The notes below the pieces were generated by a model that had not been told where the DNA came from, did not search any database, and saw nothing but the letters and a program-made list of their open reading frames with translations. The translations under genes and the position numbers were made by a program. Shown piece by piece: positions 1 to 14,659 of a stretch of 64,000 nucleotides of DNA (position 1 is its first letter; every line of letters starts with the position of its first letter). This DNA comes from Octopus sinensis (taxonomy: Eukaryota): assembly GCF_006345805.1 (NCBI RefSeq), contig NC_043004.1, positions 83,328,001 to 83,392,000 of the forward strand. The letters run 5' to 3'.

Positions 1-1368
1 TTCTGGCGGAGGTCAGACGCAACACGGACATTGCCCTGGCTGTAGCTTCCTCTGGTATCGCGGCCACGTTGCTTCCGGGTGGCAGACCCGCTCACTCTGC
101 CTTCAGACTCCCGCTCGATCTGGCAAAGTCCAACTCACCTATCTGCAACATCGCCAAGAACTCAGAACAGGCCGACATTCTGCGCAGATGCAAACTCATC
201 GTATGGGACGAGTGCACTATGGCACACAAAGGCGCCCTCAGGCACTGGTCAGGTCCCTGCAAGACATCAGAGACTCTACGGCCCCCATGGAAGGATTGAC
301 TTTACTTCTTTCTGGAGACTTCAGGCAGACTCTACATGTTATTCCAAAATGAACCCGTGCCGATGCCGTACGCGCGTGCCTTAAGTCGTCAGCTCTTTGG
401 GCACATGTGCGGCCCTTGCACCTCCAAACTAAGATGCGCGCGCAGTTGATTGGTGACAGCGGATCCGCTGCATTCTCCAGGGATCTTTTATCGCTCGGTT
501 AAAATACGATGCCGGCTGATGCGGATGGCTGCGTTCAATTGGACTCACTTTGCACCACTGTCAACACCCCTGCTAGCCACTGGGACGCTGTCTTCCATGA
601 CCTACAAAACAATTTACGCGACCTAAAATGGCTGGCAGGCAGAGCTATTCTCGCACCCAAAAATACAACCGGCAACTCCATCAATATCCAGCTACTTGAA
701 GTTATTCCTGGTGATGTCCAGGTCTACAAATCTATAGATAGGACAGCAGACCCCGCCGAGCTTGCCGATTATCCTGCTGAACTCCTGAATTCACTTGAAC
801 CGTCAGGCCTGCCGTCACACATCCTGAAGTTAAAGGTCGGTGCGCCCATTATGCTCATCAGGAATATGGTTCCACCAAAACAGTGCAACGGCACACGTCT
901 GGTTCTGAAACATTTGGCACCACATTCAATAACTGCCACAATACTTACCGGTTGTGGGAAGGGAGTGGACGTCTTCATTCCACGCATGCACCTTCAACCG
1001 TCGGGCGCTGACCTACCAATGCACCTCAGGCGTTCTCAGTTTCCTGTTAAACTCTGCTTCGCAATGTCCATCAATAAATCCCAAGGCCAAACGCTACAAG
1101 TCGCTGGGTTACATTTGGGCGAACAGTTCTTCGCCCACGGTCAACTCTACGTGGGCTGTTCACGCGTTGGGAGGCGCAATGTTGTTTTCATGTTTTCGCC
1201 CAAAGGGACAGCTAGGAACATCGTATACACAGAGGTATTCGAGTGAAGAGAAGACATTGCAACCTACACATGCGCCTTCGTTCCCTAGAGGGAAAGGACT
1301 AGAATGGGATCAGTCGTTGCCTACTTGGGGCTCTTACATACCCGGGCAACGCCGGGCTATGCTATTAG
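1..1368 (+). mobile_element. Helitron 3' part with a disrupted PIF1-family (RepHel) helicase
   Basis: Helicase motifs LIVWDECTMAH, GDFRQ, LKVGAPIMLIRN...CNGTRL and QFPVKLCFAMSINKSQGQTL...HGQLYVGCSRV spread over several frames. 3' hairpin CCCGGGCAACGCCGGG at 1341-1356 and terminus TTAG|T at 1365-1369. Confidence 0.92.
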
Positions 1369-1382
1369 TATATATATATATA

Positions 1383-3072
<1,690 letters not shown>

Positions 3073-3520
3073 TCGGTTGTTTAAAAAAGAAATAATTTAA
3101 AATAAAGCCTTTGCATTTAACTTGTTTCACGTGTTGCACTGGAGAGACACTCGGACAACGTCCTGTATATTCTATTCGAACAATTCAACCCTGGTGTATA
3201 ATTAACTGTAGTATGTCTGATACTTATTAGAACAGCTATTTTTGTTACAGGGACATAAACAAACCAAGGCCTGTTGTGAAGTGGTGACGAGGATAATCAA
3301 AACCGCTTTCATACACTTACATCCTGCTCACCCATTCACAAATATACAGCTTCGGCATGTTTCCACGTCGTTTCCATCAAATTTCTACTCAAGGCTGTGA
3401 TAACCCCAGGTATATAGTAGCATACGTTGCAGTGTGACTAAACTCGATTCTATACTGTTGTATTCCTGCGCCTAAATTGAAATAGACACATCGAAAAAGA
3501 AAAGAAAAACAGAAGCTTAC

Positions 3521-3589
3521 CTTCATATTAAAATCGGGTTTTTTAAAGTCATCTGTAATATTGAATATATTTTCACGCACTTCATATAT
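3521..3589 (-). CDS. GRL-A exon 2 (69 nt, IYEVRENIFNITDDFKKPDFNMK)
   Basis: Acceptor ttatctttcAG and donor GTAAGC, phase 0/0. Clearly homologous to GRL-B exon 2. Exons 3-4 were not found in the window. Confidence 0.85.
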
Positions 3590-3691
3590 CTGAAAGATAA
3601 ACCACCGATGCTTATGGTAAAGATAACCACACAATTTTTATCGTTAAACATACGTATATCTAGCAGTCTACGATACAACGATAGCAATAAT

Positions 3692-4222
3692 TCGTATGAC
3701 AAAGGCTGTGAACTGGCAAAAATGTTAGCACGCCCGGCGAAATGCTTAGCGGTATTTCGTCTGCCGCTACGTTCTGCCTTTAAATTCTGCCGCGGTCGAC
3801 TTTGCCTTTCATCTTTTCGGGGTCGATTAAATACATACCAGTTACACACTGGGTCGAGATAATCGACTTAATCCGTTTGTCTATCATTGTTTGCCCTCTC
3901 TGTGTTTAGCCCCTTCTGGGTAGTAAAGAAATAGATATTTCAAATGTAATTTTGTTCTGAGTAACAATTCCGCCGAAGTCGACTTTGCCTTTTATCCTTT
4001 CGATCTCGACAAATTAAGTACCAGTTGCGTACTGGGGTCGATCTAATCGACTGGCTCCTTCCTACAAAATTTCGGGCCTTGTGCTGTGCCTAGAGTAGAA
4101 AATAATATTTGTTATGACAAAGGCAGCGAGCTAGCAGAAACGTTAGCACAGTGGTCGAAATGCTTAGCGGTATTTCGTTTGTTTTTACGTTCTGAGTTCA
4201 AATTCCGCCGAGGTCGACTGTA
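3692..4222 (+). mobile_element. Three adjacent or partial copies of an abundant octopus-type SINE
   Basis: The signature gaaatgcttagcggtatttcgtc...caaattccgccgaggtcgactttgcc...taagtaccagtt recurs many times in the window. Confidence 0.75.
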
Positions 4223-4584
4223 GCCTATTTGGTATGACATAAAATTATATATTGAAAAAATCATTAAAATCGCAGTATTACTAATGTTCTTTTTTCTTTT
4301 ATTACAGTTAATCATTAACTGCGTCATATACAACCAAACTAACAACTCAATTTTGAAAAACGAAAAAAAACTGAAGTTTGAGAAACAGCCTTTTTGCAGA
4401 CACAACAGCTTCCAGTACAGATATTCCCGATCTAAACGTCAAAAGATAGTAAGAAACACAGGGTGTTGGTTAGGGGGAAAAAGGGCAGAAACGCCCTCAG
4501 TCTTACATAAAACCAAGCAGAAACGCGTCAAGGGAACGAGTATAACAATGTCAGAAGGAAAGATAGCAAAGGACATCGGTACGA

Positions 4585-4874
4585 AAAAGTGACTTCTGAA
4601 GTCAGTATCTGTCCAGCGTTCAGCGTTCTTTTCATCGCATCCTTCATATTTTCAACATGTTTTATTAACTAGTTTAATGAAATATTTGGAATTGTGGCCG
4701 TGCTTTATATTCGGGTTAACTAGTCGTTCTTCGACAGCTACTGACTTCAGAAGTCACTTTTTCCTACCGAAGAACGACTAGTTAACCCGAATATAAAGCA
4801 CAGCCACCATTCCAAATATTACATTAAACTAGTTAATAAAACGTCGAAAATATGACGGATGCGATAAAAAGAAC
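4585..4874. repeat. Imperfect foldback (arms about 4625-4733 / 4768-4874)
   Basis: The arms are reverse complements. The spacer carries an inverted copy of 4585-4606. Confidence 0.75.
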
Positions 4875-5158
4875 TGTGACGTACAGGCTTCAGTAATTGA
4901 ACTGTGAGCATCATTGGGCATAGCCTACAAAAGTTTAGTCGAATAAATGGATAAATGTTAAATGTTTTTCTTTTATCAGTATCTTATGCGAAAGACGTAA
5001 ATAAGCCCACCACCACGCATATGACAGACTTCCATGCAGTTTCCGCCTCACAAATTTTCTAACCGAAAACAGAAAAAAAAAGAATCAAGAATACACCTCA
5101 TCTGCAAGGAAGTGTAGCAGGTGATGCAATAGAAATTTGATTGAAACTAATAAATATC

Positions 5159-5215
<57 letters not shown>

Positions 5216-5723
5216 TAATAATAATGATAATAATAATAATAATAATTAATTCTTGTTTTTTCTTTCGTTTTCCCTTTTTTTAATGCAGTACAAGGCAGTG
5301 GCTCTCGTGGCTTCTTATCTTAATTGATTGGAAGTGTTTCGACCTGAACAATTCAATAATTATCTGTGTCTCCTCAGTGAAATTGGTGCTGACACAACAA
5401 TGGAACAGGACACCAACCGTCTCCGTGAAACGATAAGAATGTACAGAATTCCAATATCATATATTCTAACTTAGATTTAAACGCCATTGCAGTAGCGCAG
5501 TAAGCCAGAAAATAACAGCAACGGATGATACTCAGCAGTGAATCAACGTAAATATTTATCAACTGAAAGTCTCCGCTTTTTGCTTTCCCTCGTTTTTGCA
5601 TGTATACATAGGAACATATGCATAATAGTTTGAATAACAAAAACTATTATATACAATATTTAAAATTTGTTAATCCGTCAAACTGTCTTTCTCTCTTTGT
5701 CTATCTTTTTCTCTCACTCTCTA

Positions 5724-5818
<95 letters not shown>

Positions 5819-5979
5819 GTACGTAATTTTTTTACTTATATATTGATTATTCATTTTTATACTTTTTGAGATCTAGTTAAATGTTTTATAAAAATATATT
5901 CTATTTGTTATTTATGTTTTGGTTTATGTCAATCACTGTTTGAGTTGCATAATAGTGGTTTTTAGCTCTAATTTATATC

Positions 5980-6010
<31 letters not shown>

Positions 6011-6130
6011 CATATAATGGGTCTCTTTCAAATTTAATTGGCAGCGAATTAAATAACAGCGGGGAAATTAAAGCCGAAAATTTTATGTTATATTCATGAC
6101 AAATACTTCATTGTATAGCTTCATACTTAC

Positions 6131-7152
6131 AGAATGATGCAATTTTATTCCTTTCCGAAATGTATGTACACTTAAATTCGTGAGCATGTAAGTTAATATT
6201 ATCCAGTAAATACAATATACGTCATATGTCGAAGAATTGCTGTGATATTTTATGAGAAAAAAAAATGAAGCTGCGAAAATTAATGTAAGATAGCCAATAT
6301 AATACTGGAATAAGTCATTTGTCACACCCAGTAGAGTACAGAGTTCTTGAAATTGGTCGAAAATTCTCATAATTTCTTTCCCTGTGTCTTCATCACGTAT
6401 GCTTTTGTTTTCAATATTATTTATTATTCTAGTGTTTAACACCTTGAACTCAGTTATTAAAGTGTTTATAACGAAGTTATGAATTGCTAATAATGTGAAA
6501 ATAGGTATAAATTTTATGGTGCTTATTAGATAATGAAGTATTAAGCTAATATTGCCAAAAACACTGGTTCGTGGAAAAGGATATGTGAAGAGTTCCATAA
6601 ATGTATTACTATCCTTAGTGCAAATCGGTAAAAGATATTCAGCAATAAAATGCTTCCAAAAACAAGTATGACATGAAGACATTTGTAGATTTTCTGGAGA
6701 AATTGTTTTTCAGACGGAGAATTCAGGTTATATTTAATACATTGAAAATTGGTTATCTTATCCAGAATTTCGACATTACTGTTGGCATGGAAAACACAAC
6801 TTAGCCATAGAAATGTTAAGGCAATTTGGATAGCAATTATACTGCTTTTGACTTGGGATACAACTTTAAATTCGTTAATATTCGCTCGCTTATATGCGAA
6901 CATTTTAATGATTTCTGCAAACGTGCACATTTCTAGAATGCGGCAAGTGATGTATAAACATTTTCTCTTTAGACTATATGATTTCCAAAGAGATGCTGAG
7001 ATTTTCATATTTGTAAGCTGGTGAATCCTTATACAAAACTGAATGAAATAGTGTGTGTTGTTTTGACAATGCACATCTCTCTGGTAATTTACTTTCTGAG
7101 AGTGTGCAGGTGTCTGTATATTGTTGCTGTTTAAAGGATATATTGCAAACAT
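6131..7152 (-). pseudogene. GRL-A exon 1, paralog of GRL-B with a -1 frameshift (pseudogene or homopolymer assembly error)
   Basis: ORFs 6541..7152 and 6083..6682 together align end to end with GRL-B exon 1. Length is 1022 nt versus 1023 nt. There are 4 T where GRL-B has 5 T (agcaTTTT(T)attg; A6647-6650 on the + strand). The donor TCT|GTAAGT at 6131/6130 is intact. Confidence 0.85.
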
Positions 7153-7348
7153 TTTGTTCAGCTATATTTCTGACAACAAACCGTGTAGTGCAAATATGTA
7201 TACTTTTGTTAAGAATTATAACGTTCCCTTTCCTGTGTTATGAGTTCAAATATTTTGTTGATAAGTCATTTATTTAGCTATTACTTCAAATCTAATGCTC
7301 ACTTGATATCTTATATGAATTTAAAACATGCATCTATGTCATAAAACG

Positions 7349-7425
7349 AATGACGTTGTAAGACAGGCAGTAAGTAATACCGTTTAATGATTTCATTATA
7401 TTTATAATGTTCTCCTTTCATTAAA
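7349..7425 (-). promoter_or_regulatory. Candidate core promoter of GRL-A (TATAAA at 7406-7401, TTACAACGTCATT at 7361-7349)
   Basis: Paralogous to the block upstream of GRL-B. Confidence 0.45.
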
Positions 7426-7964
7426 ATATATAGATGCAAAGGCCATTCGTATCATTGTCAAGTGTTTTCAATAAAATAATGCATTTAAAGTTATATCGTA
7501 AAGCTTCTGTCACTTAAAATGCGAGGAAAAATTGCTGAAAATATTACTTAAGTAATTTCTTAATTTATTCGTTCTTTGTAAATAAGCTCAATGTATTCGT
7601 TCTTTGTAAGTAAGCTTCTTATGGACGTGGGTGATCTGTTTTCTATATACTTAAGTGTTGTGCACTAGGTGAGATTATAACACAAGAGGATTTGTTTTCA
7701 TTTTGTTCAAGTATCAATAAAACAACAGTGAGGGATTCATCTGGAAATTTATATAGAAATATTATGCAATTAAGAATGGCTATATCACTGAAAATTCAGT
7801 ACATAGATACATACATATATACGCCTAATCACTGGGATGCAAGTTCGAATATCATGGTGGGCCGTCAACAGGTTTTTCTGCAAAATATGGATAGTTTATC
7901 CTGTTCATGTTATATTATTAGCATTATAAGGCGTTTGAGAATAAAATTATTTCTTTAAATGTAT

Positions 7965-8033
<69 letters not shown>

Positions 8034-8041
8034 TATATATA

Positions 8042-8080
<39 letters not shown>

Positions 8081-10170
8081 ATATGTATATATGTACATAT
8101 GTATATGTATGTATACATATATATATATATACGCAGTTACATTTATACATCGATATTTGATGCTATATCTATCAATACTAACGCCAATGCATATGATATG
8201 ACTCATCACTCCTCCCTAAGTTCCCTGTCGTGCACCCCTCCCATGCAACCGAGTACTAAATCTTTGCTGATTCCTGGAACGGAGATTTTTCGATCCATCT
8301 TAGAAGTGAGAAGCTATTCTTGCCTTTTGTCAATAAAAATCAAGCGATTTTTTAATAAATAAAATACCATCTCCTCGCCTGAACATGAACAGTACTTAGC
8401 TAAGACCTACACAGTTGCTCTCAATGTGGAATCTCGTTATCACCGAGGGTAATATTCTGCCGCAAGCAGATCTATCTTTAACATAGTTAGGAGTGGACTC
8501 CTGAAACAAGCCCTGATGAGAAGGTCCAGAAATTATAGCAACAAGCAAGAGGTGCTGAAACTCTAGTCTACAAATCCCAAGTGAAACGTCATGATAGAGT
8601 AATTTCTGTCCCTACATCCGGAATTTTGAAGCAAATACAGTCGCGATGGTTTTCGTTCAGAAAATGTGTGATTGTTTGAATTATATCAAATCTCTCCCAA
8701 AATATACTCCAGGCTGCAGACTCACGACTCCAAACTTAGATGGTGATAGCTTCCCTCTGTATTTTTCTCTCCCGTTAGTATAATGACCTCTCTTTCTTGT
8801 AGATAGCTAATTTCATATCCTCCCTTCTTTGACTCCCACGACTCATCCGTCTCTTTACTTCTTGTCACATTCATTCCATTAGACATTCGGCTCTTTGCTA
8901 ACTACTAAACCGGTCACTCTCTTCTAGTATATCAACTTCATGGAATTTCCTCTCTGCTCATGTGTTTCTCGCATGCCTTGAGCTGCGTCAATTTAAATGA
9001 AACCTTAACGTCGTTTAATTTCCTGAAAGAGTGAAATAATTAAACGATGAAAGAGATAAAAAAAAAAACTGCAGGGTTTATTCCGATGTGTGTAATACAA
9101 AGTAAATATAACAGCGATGTAAATAGCAACTATTGTACTCTAATATGTATTTCTCGTTCAGACTGGCCTGCATATTATTGTTGCAAATCACCATTCATTT
9201 ACAGCTCTATGGAGAAAATTATTCTGTCTATAAACCACTTCATTAGTTTCTAAAGCGAGTACAGCGAGTTTTCAGGGTGCTTTGTTTGTTATTTCTAAGA
9301 TGTTGAGCAATCATGCTTCTACAAGATTTGTCACACTGCAGGACAGCAGCAGATAGCTGGTAGAATTGAAAATCTATGTTAAGAAGCCTAAATGCAAAGC
9401 TGAAAACCAAACATGGATGCTTTGCTGTAAGAAGATAGATGGCAATGAATATCAGGCACCAATTTTCATCAGTGTTAAATTTTGGAAACGAAATTATAAC
9501 TATTAAATTACACGGCTCCATAATAAGATGTAACAAATAATGACTGGTGTCCATAAGACAAAGCATGCTAAAGAAGCCCCAAGAAAGAATTTTTACAAGA
9601 ATCGGTATGTTTAGTATTTGATGTAAGAAGCTCCACTTTGAAAACTCTATATCCCTTAACGGCAGTCATCATCAGTTGATATTTCATTAGCAACAATGAA
9701 CATCATCAATTTGATGTTTCAAATTTGTTACCTGGACACAGCCGTCATCAAAGGAAAGTGACATCATGCTTTACGGCACTTTTCCGATGATTGACTGGAA
9801 ATTTAATTCTTGCTGATACTAACAATTATTACAGATTTTGTACATATTTAAAGAAAAAATTGCATGAATTTACCCTTAACCAAAACGGATTTATTTTTAC
9901 GTTTGACTCACATACATGCAAGACTTTTTTGAAGTTTAAGAAACATTTCGCTAGTATCTGAATTTTTACTGATATAACTTTAATAGTAAACAATATACAT
10001 CGATATATTTCCTTACTGGACAACGGTTATTAATGTAAGGAAGCTACACAGATAATATTAAAGCTTTTGTCAATAAGGCTGAATTATATTGAATGTAATG
10101 AAGTACCGAGAGAGATGGAGTCATCATTTATAGATACAAATATACATACATACATGCGCGCGTGTGTGTG

Positions 10171-10222
<52 letters not shown>

Positions 10223-10272
10223 GTTTGCATGCATATATATGTATATATGTGTGTATATATGTATATACACTT

Positions 10273-10315
<43 letters not shown>

Positions 10316-10794
10316 AATGAAGGAAAATAAGTGGGTCAGATGATTGTGAAGAAATACACATAAATTATATGTACATATGTATGTGTGAGAGTGTGTGTGT
10401 GTGTGTGTGTTTGTGTTTGTGTGTGTGTGCGTGTGTGTGTGTGATTGTAGTGAGGTATTCAACTTCCAATCGCATTTGTACATAAATTTCAATATGAATC
10501 CTGTATGAGACTCATTGATGTTTTATTGATATTTCTACAAAATAAAGCGAACCATTTTTCTATTTTCATCGTTATATATTTACAACACTTAAACGTAAAG
10601 AATATTGACTTACCTAAAATGAAGCTATTTACGTAGAAAGGGCGAATCAATTGATTATTTACTACACTTAAGTAAGATCCAATAATCTCTTACTCTTCTG
10701 TACTGAAGCTAAATAGCATAACTTTTAAAACATTACTTTATAGCAGGTCATTGATGTTATTATGAATGATCTTTGTTTTCATGTAGTTTGTTTT

Positions 10795-10865
10795 AAGAAA
10801 GATGAACATATAAAGTGATGAATTTATTGCACTATACCAAGTGTTCCCTACATTACAACGTCATT
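10795..10865 (+). promoter_or_regulatory. Candidate core promoter of GRL-B (TATAAA 10809-10814 and conserved TTACAACGTCATT 10853-10865)
   Basis: Aligns with the 5' flank of GRL-A, where TATAAA and TTACAACGTCATT have 45-nt spacing versus 44 nt here. Confidence 0.45.
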
Positions 10866-11089
10866 TTTGTTATTTTGAAGATACTGTCCGAACACATGAA
10901 AACCAGGATTACAGAATATATGAAGCGCGTATAACAGTTGAAATATCATCTAAAAAACAACCGTTAACCTTGATCTACAAAATAATTTATAACACCAGCT
11001 TGGAAACGGAACTTAATATTTTTTAACAAAATTATTCGTGCAGTAGTATATATTTTATTTAAGTCGTATTAGAAATATACTTGAAGAAA

Positions 11090-12112
11090 ATGTTCACAAT
11101 ATATCCTTTAAACAACAACGATATACAGCCATCTACATATTCTCCGAGGGTCAATTACCAGAGAGAAGTGCATCGTCCCAACAACGCACACTATTTTATT
11201 CAATGTTTTATAAGGATTCACCAGTTTATAAATATAAAACTTTCAGCATATCTTTGGAAATCATATAGTCTAAAGAGAAAAGGTTTATACATCACTTTTC
11301 GCATTCTTGAAATATGTATGCTTGCAGAAAATGCTAGATGTTTCTTATACATTCATTCGAATTCTAAGGAGGTCGAAACTGTGTTCAACGTTAAAATTGA
11401 TATCGGTTTTAGCCAAATTGCTGCAACATTACTATGGTTTGGAACTGCTTTCCATGCTGATAAAAATGTTGCAATTCTGAATAAGATAACCAATTTTCAA
11501 TGTATTAAATATAACCCGAATCTTTCACTTCAAAACAACTTTGTTCGGAAAATCTACAAATATCTTTATACCTTTCTTATATTTCTAAGCATTTTTATTG
11601 CTGAATATCTTTTACCGATTTGCACCAAGGATAGTAATACATTTATGGAACTCTTCATATATCCTTTCCCACGAACCAGTGTTTTCGGCAATATTAGCTT
11701 AATACTTCATTATCTAATAAGCACCATAAAATTTATACCTATTTTCCCGTTATTATCAATTCACAACTTCGTTATAAACACTTTAATAACTGAGTTCAAG
11801 GTGTTAAACACTAGAATAATAAATAATATTGAAAACAAAAGCATACATGATGGGAACACAGGTAAAGAACTTAAAATGTTTTTCAATAATTTTCAAGAAC
11901 TCTGTACTCTACTGGATTTGACGAATGAATTATTTCAGAATTATATTACATATTTTGTACTTTCATTCTTAACAACTACCTGTTATTTTTTATATGGTTG
12001 CATTGAAGGGTACTTGTATCATATAGATAGTGCTTACTTGACGATTTCAACATGGCTGTTGGCAGGGTTGTATATATATTTGCTTAGAAAAGGAATAAAA
12101 TTGCATGATTCA
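11090..12112 (+). CDS. GRL-B exon 1 (341 codons, TM1-TM6) of a gustatory-receptor-like 7TM ion channel
   Basis: ATG at 11090 within ORF 11081..12142. Six hydrophobic segments and the GR-like IC2/TM5 pattern FQELCTLLDLTNELFQNYI. The frame passes a strong donor TCA|GTAAGT at 12112/12113 (phase 0), at the same position as donors in both paralogs. Confidence 0.9.
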
Positions 12113-12346
12113 GTAAGTATGAAAAATATATATTTGTCATAAATATTACATGCTTGATAATTCGAAGCTTATTTAGTTTTCCTCAGTAAGTTAATCGGAC
12201 GAACAACTAAATTTGACACATTGAAAACAGATGCCCACTCACACATACATATACATGCGTTGATTGACGTAACCGTAGGACCGTATGTGATAAAATAAGC
12301 CTATTAGAAATAATGATATACACACAGACAGACAGAGAGACAGACA

Positions 12347-12431
<85 letters not shown>

Positions 12432-12664
12432 TATAGATTCTGTTCTGTTCCCTGGTGATCGAAACGAATATGCTCACTGTGTAAATGAATGCTATAATTG
12501 GTCACCCGTTAAGTTCCAAGCTCACAGCTGGGGCTGGTGCTAAGGGTCCGTAGTAGGCTTCCGGGTCAGCAGGTATATATTAATGGAAAAGGAAGCAAAA
12601 CCAAAGCAGAACGAGTATCTCAGGGTGTTTAGAATTTTGGATTCTACATATTTTACTCAAATAT

Positions 12665-13235
12665 TCTCATCATCATCATTGTTCGACCATGGTCGAGACA
12701 ATGGAATTTACCATGCTACGCCAGACTTCACGGTCCATCATGGCATTACGGAGGTACTGTTTCTGGATGCCTGTATCCCTGGAGATTACATCAGGGTAGG
12801 AGAGTGTGCGCCCTCTGGTATTGCGAGTAGATGGCTTCCAGAGGAGAAGAGTAGAAATTACTTCTTTTTCAGCTTTACAACAATGTCCAGCAAACTGGAC
12901 TCTCCTACCTTTCACAAGAGAGGACACAGGTGGTAGTTTCCCATATATTTGCATTTTGATTGGATGGCGCCTCCAGGAGAGATTTTGAGCTCTCATAAGG
13001 AGGCGAGTGTAGGTTCCATCCAACCGCCTCTCAAGCTTCTTTGATAACGTCCAGGTTTCTGAGCCATATAGTAGAATTGGTTCGACTGTGGCTTTGAAGA
13101 TTTCAAGTTTGAAGTCTCTACTTAGATTTGATGACCAGATCTTATGCATGTCATTACAGGCTGACCAGACCATACCCTTTCTAGTTAGAAAGTCTTTTCC
13201 AGATATTCTAAATGACCTGAGATACTTGTTCTGAC
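12665..13235 (-). mobile_element. RTE-clade LINE 3' fragment
   Basis: ORF 12676..13173 has FKATVEPILLYGSETWTL...RRVQFAGHC...RGRTLSYPDVI...DREVWR, followed by a (GAT)n tail. Confidence 0.88.
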
Positions 13236-13256
13236 ATAGTTTTATTTCCTTTTCCT

Positions 13257-13307
<51 letters not shown>

Positions 13308-14397
13308 TATATATATGCATAGCCCCATATATGGGGCTATTTTTTACAGGCAATGCAATAAAACTAATATTCTTTTGTTTTAAAACATTTGAATTATTTT
13401 TCATTGTGGATGATTGAATTGAAATAAGAATTTTATGGTTTGTTTTCTTAAATGTTCACATATTTTTCCTTAAATTCTGAAAATATGAAATAAAAAAATA
13501 TCTGCATAGGATTTCGTTGCATTCGCTAATATATAGATGTTGAGGTTATAAAGTTGCTGTAAGACGTTACCACGATTTTTGGCATATTAGCTCTATATGT
13601 AGCCTATGATGTGACCAATCTATAAATGTAAACATCATCAAATTTGGTTAAAAACTGAGTGAGTGAGAAAGCCTAAAAGTGGTCCTGAGTGAGTAAATAT
13701 TGACCTTAACAATATCATTCACACATGGTAATGTTTGAATAATATTTTTTGAAAAGATTTGCACCACAGCACTCGTCTTGTTGACTTCTATCATATGAAG
13801 TAAAAAAAAAAATAGGCCTTGAATTTAATTTCAGGGATTACCACTTTTTGTGCACATTTGGCCGCAGTAATTTTCTATTTAATAGATTTGATTTTTTATA
13901 TATAATTGGCATCATGGGATTACTCTAGCGAAGATCTATCAGAAAAGTTGAATTTACATAGTTTTCTTTTGAAATAAGAATAATATTTGGAGTCGAAATT
14001 GATTTCAGTCATTGTTCTCCGTATTTTCTCACCGGTTTTTACTTCAGTACATTTTTCTACAGAATATTTTTTGGATAAACATTCCCCTTGCCAAGATCTA
14101 TCATATAATCTAAAATAAAATATAGATTTCTTAAGAATATATATATATATTTGGACTAAAATTCGATTTCAGTCGTTAATCTTCCGATTTTGACAAGATA
14201 TATTTTACTGCAAATTTTTTCTACCAAAGCAATTTTAAAATTTTGTACCTGAAAATGTAGCTTGGGATTTGACCAATCTAAAGCTGTAAACACAATCTAA
14301 TTAGCTTAAAAACTGAGTTAGTCACAAAGCCTAGAACTGGTCACATGTGAGTAAATGTTGACCTTAACAATATCATTCATACACTACCTTGTATGAA

Positions 14398-14438
<41 letters not shown>

Positions 14439-14659
14439 TATATATATCTATATATATATATGTTTATGCGTGTGTGCGTGTGTATGTATGTGTATATGTA
14501 TGTATGTATGTATGTATGTATAGTTGTGTGTACTTTTTTTTAAAAACCAAAGAAAATCCGCTATATTTAAAACCGGATCATTTTAAAGAAATAGATTTAA
14601 AATAAAACACAATATTTTACTTTGTTATCAAATTTATGTAACCACTGTCAAGTGCTGTT

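Noticed and set aside
509-1246. Host PIF1 helicase gene (also 54724..55245)
   Set aside because: Both are intronless, disrupted and bounded by Helitron termini, so they are transposon RepHel fragments.
3592-3625. TISIGGL in ORF 3523..3849, resembling the exon 3 GISIGG motif
   Set aside because: It lies just upstream of the GRL-A exon 2 acceptor and aligns with the intronic acceptor region of GRL-B (gcat.g...gttt..tttcag). It has no flanking exon 3 homology or donor, so it is coincidental.
8513-8570. CTGATGA...GAAACTCTAGTC as a hammerhead
   Set aside because: Stems I and II do not form convincingly.
9243-9800. ORF 9243..9566 and adjacent non-repetitive-looking sequence between GRL-A and GRL-B
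   Set aside because: No recognisable motifs in any frame I translated. It may be a decayed transposon, but I cannot support a call.
11081-12142. Reading the three long ORFs as complete single-exon GPCRs
   Set aside because: Only six TM segments and no rhodopsin-type motifs are present. Conserved phase-0 donors and downstream TM7 exons explain them better as GRL exon 1.
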